Part shown: in pieces, positions 60,745 to 64,000 of the stretch
Numbering within the stretch: the stretch's first letter is position 1
Layout of the letters: the number at the start of each line of letters is the position of its first letter
DNA from: Klebsormidium nitens
Taxonomy: Eukaryota > Plantae > Klebsormidiophyceae
Reading direction: 5' to 3'
NCBI GenBank assembly: GCA_000708835.1
Contig: DF237149.1
Coordinates: 1 to 64,000 of the forward strand
Length of the DNA: 64,000 nucleotides
Notes under the pieces: generated by a model
What the model was told of the DNA's origin: nothing
Seen by the model: only the letters and a program-made list of their open reading frames with translations
Databases searched by the model: none
Made by a program: the position numbers and the translations under genes

Positions 60745-63700
60745 CTAGTGCGTTCCGTTGGATTCCGGCGGAGCAGGCGACTTGAGGGGCCGGCTGCCGG
60801 AACCCGGACGGGAGAACTCGGAGAGGCGTCCGGATCCGTGGACGGAACCCTCGAGCCCAAAGGAAGTTTTGGAAATGGAACGGCTGCGGAACGTGTCGAG
60901 ATCGGAGCCCTCGCCACCGACTACCGACACCGTTGTCTGAATGGAGAGGAGCGGAGGATCGTGTAAGTCAGAAAGCAAAGCCCGTGTACGGAAGTAGAGA
61001 CCAACCGGGTTATCTCTTTACAAGCGAGCTTTGGCGGAGGCGAAGTGGGCAATTACAATCGGAACGTCGTCGTCAAATGCAGAGTCTTGTTGCCAATTCT
61101 GGGGAGATTTCCAAAAAGCAAACCCTGGGGAGCCACCTCGAAAGGCCGGAAATCCACAAAGTCGAAAGACCCAGATACCGAAATTTTATAATCGTACAAC
61201 TCACTTGCCAACCCGACATCTTCTCCGTGGGCATTTCCGCGGGATTCGGGGGCGCGAAAAAGGAGAACACAATGACTCCCATTTCATCCTGGACTCTGCG
61301 CCGATCTAGGCAAGCGGAAAAGCAAATACAAAAGCAGATAACAAAAAGCAGATACCAAAAGCAGATACCAAGTGAATAACTTAACCCTCAACAGCTTGAA
61401 ATAGTAAACCCACCTGCCATCCAGATACTTTGTCGATAGGTTCTTCCGCGGCTCTCGCGGGCGCGAAGAAGGAGACAACGACCGTGACGTCGTCATGGAA
61501 CTGGCGCCATTTCAAACACCCCAGAATGTCAGATCAAAGACCAAGTCCCTAAATTTTAAAAGCTCAACCCTCATAACCATGTAATCACAAACCCACCTGC
61601 CATCCAGACACCTTGTCAGCGGGCTCCTCGGCGGTTTTCGCGGGCGCGAAGAAAAAGACGATGACCGTGATGTCGTCATGGAACTCGCGCCGCCGGCCAG
61701 GGCTCATCTGGACCAGCTCCGAGTACGGGATCTCGTGCTTGGCCGCCGCGCGCTCTAGCGCGATCTTCACCAGGTGTCGCGCGATCTCCTGCAAACACAG
61801 GAGAGAGGGTCAAAAGTGTGCGAGATGCCGCGCGAAACCCTGAGAAGATGCACCTTTTGCAGCTTTGTGAAGGCCGGGGTTTGGAAGGTTCTGTGAGACA
61901 AACTTCGAGTACGGAATCTCTCGAATCTCGTGGCTGTCGGGCGTTCTAGTGCGATCTTGACCAGGTGTCGCGCGATTTCCTGCGAGCGCAGAAACAAGGT
62001 TAGTGTTATGCGCGTTTCGCGAGGTGCCACGCATTGTCCTGAATGACAAGCCGTTACAACTCGTGTTGGGCCAGGCATTTGAAGAGACCGCTTAGACCGG
62101 TCTCGCGTCGCAGTCAAGTGCGATTATGTGTCTTGCCGCGCGACTGCCTGCGGGCAGAATCGTTGAGCTCGGCATTTGCGAGAGCCTCAGCATTTGCCTG
62201 CAAAACGCGCCTTATTGAGGCGTTACCGCCAATTTTGACCAGGTTGGACGCGATTTCCGGCATGCAGAAGGTGGTTGCACTATGGGGTTGCCGTTCTTTA
62301 CAATGGGAACAATGGAAGCCGAACCTGCTTCGACCGAGACGACCTACGGGCCTGAACCACCATGACATACAAGAGACACGTTTGATGAAATCATCTGATC
62401 TTATCGACTGCGTATGAGAAAGGACCCAGAAATCTCGATGCGGACCATGCGAGCTTTTGCACAAGCTTCCTTGAGAGGCGGAAAGCCCCGGACCCTTGAA
62501 CGCCGTTACAGACTTGCACACTTCGACAGCAGAGATCCCCCGACCGAACGCAACAAGGGTCTTCTGAGAAGTTGCCGCTCACAGTCTGGCAATGGGAAGC
62601 CCGTTTTGGCCATGCGCTTACGGACTTCATACGCGTTACACCACCCTAGTTCTAACTAGAACGGGAGGAATTGTGGACAGCCGACGCCCACCTTTTTGGG
62701 GATCGCGTGCACGATGTCGACCGCCTCCTGGTTGGTGACGTACTCCCACAGACCGCCCGAGGCGAGGATCAGGAACTTGTCCTGAAAACGTAAGCTTGAT
62801 GACGTCAGTACCGGAGGTGGCAACATCACAACGAGCAGATCCCAAAGAGAACACCCCTGTGCATCTCAATCAGACACCCCATCAGTGCTCAAAAGACGCG
62901 TTCTGTGCCTGTAGATAGCGCCGTTCTCGGTTGCACTTCACCGTCCCCGTAAGCTTTTTCCACCGGAAGGGTCCGTTGGCCAAGTGGGGTTGAGAATAAT
63001 GCGGATGTGATCACTAGGCCGCGAGCTGACGTTACAGGTCCTCATGCCTCTTAGCTTGCTTTGGAGCGCTTCTTCGAAAGTTGCATCGCTTTGCGCCAAC
63101 GGTCAATCACTACAAACTCTTCCTTTACGAAGCTCAATTGGAGAAAGGGCCGACCTTTGCACGCAGGGTATAGATCGCGACGTGTGGAACGGCGGTGATG
63201 AGCGGCGGCGTATAGTGGCCCGGCACGCGGAAACGCGGGAAGAGCGGATTCCGGTTGAAGGCAAGGCTCTTCATGTAACAGTCGCCGAACGCGCGCGTGA
63301 CCTGCGAAGCGAGAAGTCGTAACCGCTTGAGATACCGCAAAAACTTCGAAACTTTGTTCGTTGATGAAACGGCTCGGTGGCGCTTGGCCGCTTCAAATAA
63401 GGAGCGCGCAAGCCTGTTCACGGTCTGGGAAATGGGGGAGCAGTTTTTGAAATGCGAAAACCAGGAGAATATATCTCTGCTCGGAAAGGACACTGAACGA
63501 GGGGCGAAGGGAACGTGACCTTCATGCTTTAAGTGGACGACGATCTCCTCGCTCCTTTCCGGTTTGTCGTGATGGCCATGGCGGCAACAGATCCTCAGAA
63601 CGGAAAGCGCGCAATGGAACGACTAGAAACGGAACTAATCGTTAGTTGAACTGATGACGTGGCAACCCACCTGCAACTTCCCCTTGATCCGGGGCCCGCC

Positions 63701-63793
63701 GGGCGTTTCCATCACGAGGTCCGGCGTTCCGGGGTGTTCCGTCAGGTACTTCGCGCGTTCCGCCGGAGCCTTGACGCTGTGGTCCACGCTCAA
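60745..63793 (-). CDS. PP2C/PPM phosphatase-family protein (plant clade D-like), 3' part; 5' exons lie beyond the window
   Basis: Exons 63793-63671, 63301-63155, 62781-62692, 61788-61597 and 60936-60745, all phase 0. Motifs QLSVDH, RIKGKLQVTRAFGD.YMK, KFLILASGGLWE, RREFHDDITVIVFF. Confidence 0.9.
61200..62265 (-). repeat. Echo arrays on both sides of PP2C exon 61788-61597
   Basis: Acceptor-side copies start at 61979 and 62257. Donor-side copies end at 61414 and 61205. Confidence 0.87.
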
Positions 63794-64000
63794 CTGCAGG
63801 ACGCACAAAGCGCTGCGTCTCATCGGTCTGTTTGATTCAAGCAAGCTTCTAAGAGAGGCGCGCAAGGACAAATACGTCACCAACGTGAAGCACAAAAGAT
63901 GCTATTGTAACGAACCAAAATGATGCGTTCTGACGCGCATTCAACTTTTCGTTAAGTGTAGTTCATTGCAAGAAGTCCTCATCCAACGTAGGCCGTCATT

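Overview
Eukaryotic, intron-rich nuclear DNA with GT-AG introns. Gene content (ARA6-type Rab5, thylakoid-lumen TPM protein, UTr5-type transporter, clade-D-like PP2C) points to a green-lineage organism, most plausibly a streptophyte alga such as Klebsormidium; this is inference, not a database match. I reconstructed phase-consistent multi-exon models by hand for a catechol O-methyltransferase, a UTr5/SLC35B2 nucleotide-sugar transporter, a 1176-aa SNF2/RING helicase, RabF1/ARA6, a thylakoid TPM protein, an NMT1/THI5-like protein and the 3' part of a PP2C. There are also two orphan proteins and an intron-containing tRNA-Val(AAC). The most striking unexplained structure is a set of 'splice-junction echo' arrays. 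Five genes carry eight arrays in which a unit of mostly 145-210 bp straddling an exon/intron boundary is tandemly repeated into the intron and decays with distance. Many copies keep an intact AG or GT, and two form in-frame candidate cassette exons. Other notable items are a PP2C lacking its DGLW aspartate, a RIN13-like domain fused to the SNF2 helicase, an Ala-like tRNA-Val with G4:U69, a cyclin-box remnant, and an 8-kb intron holding an unidentified, probably decayed insertion.
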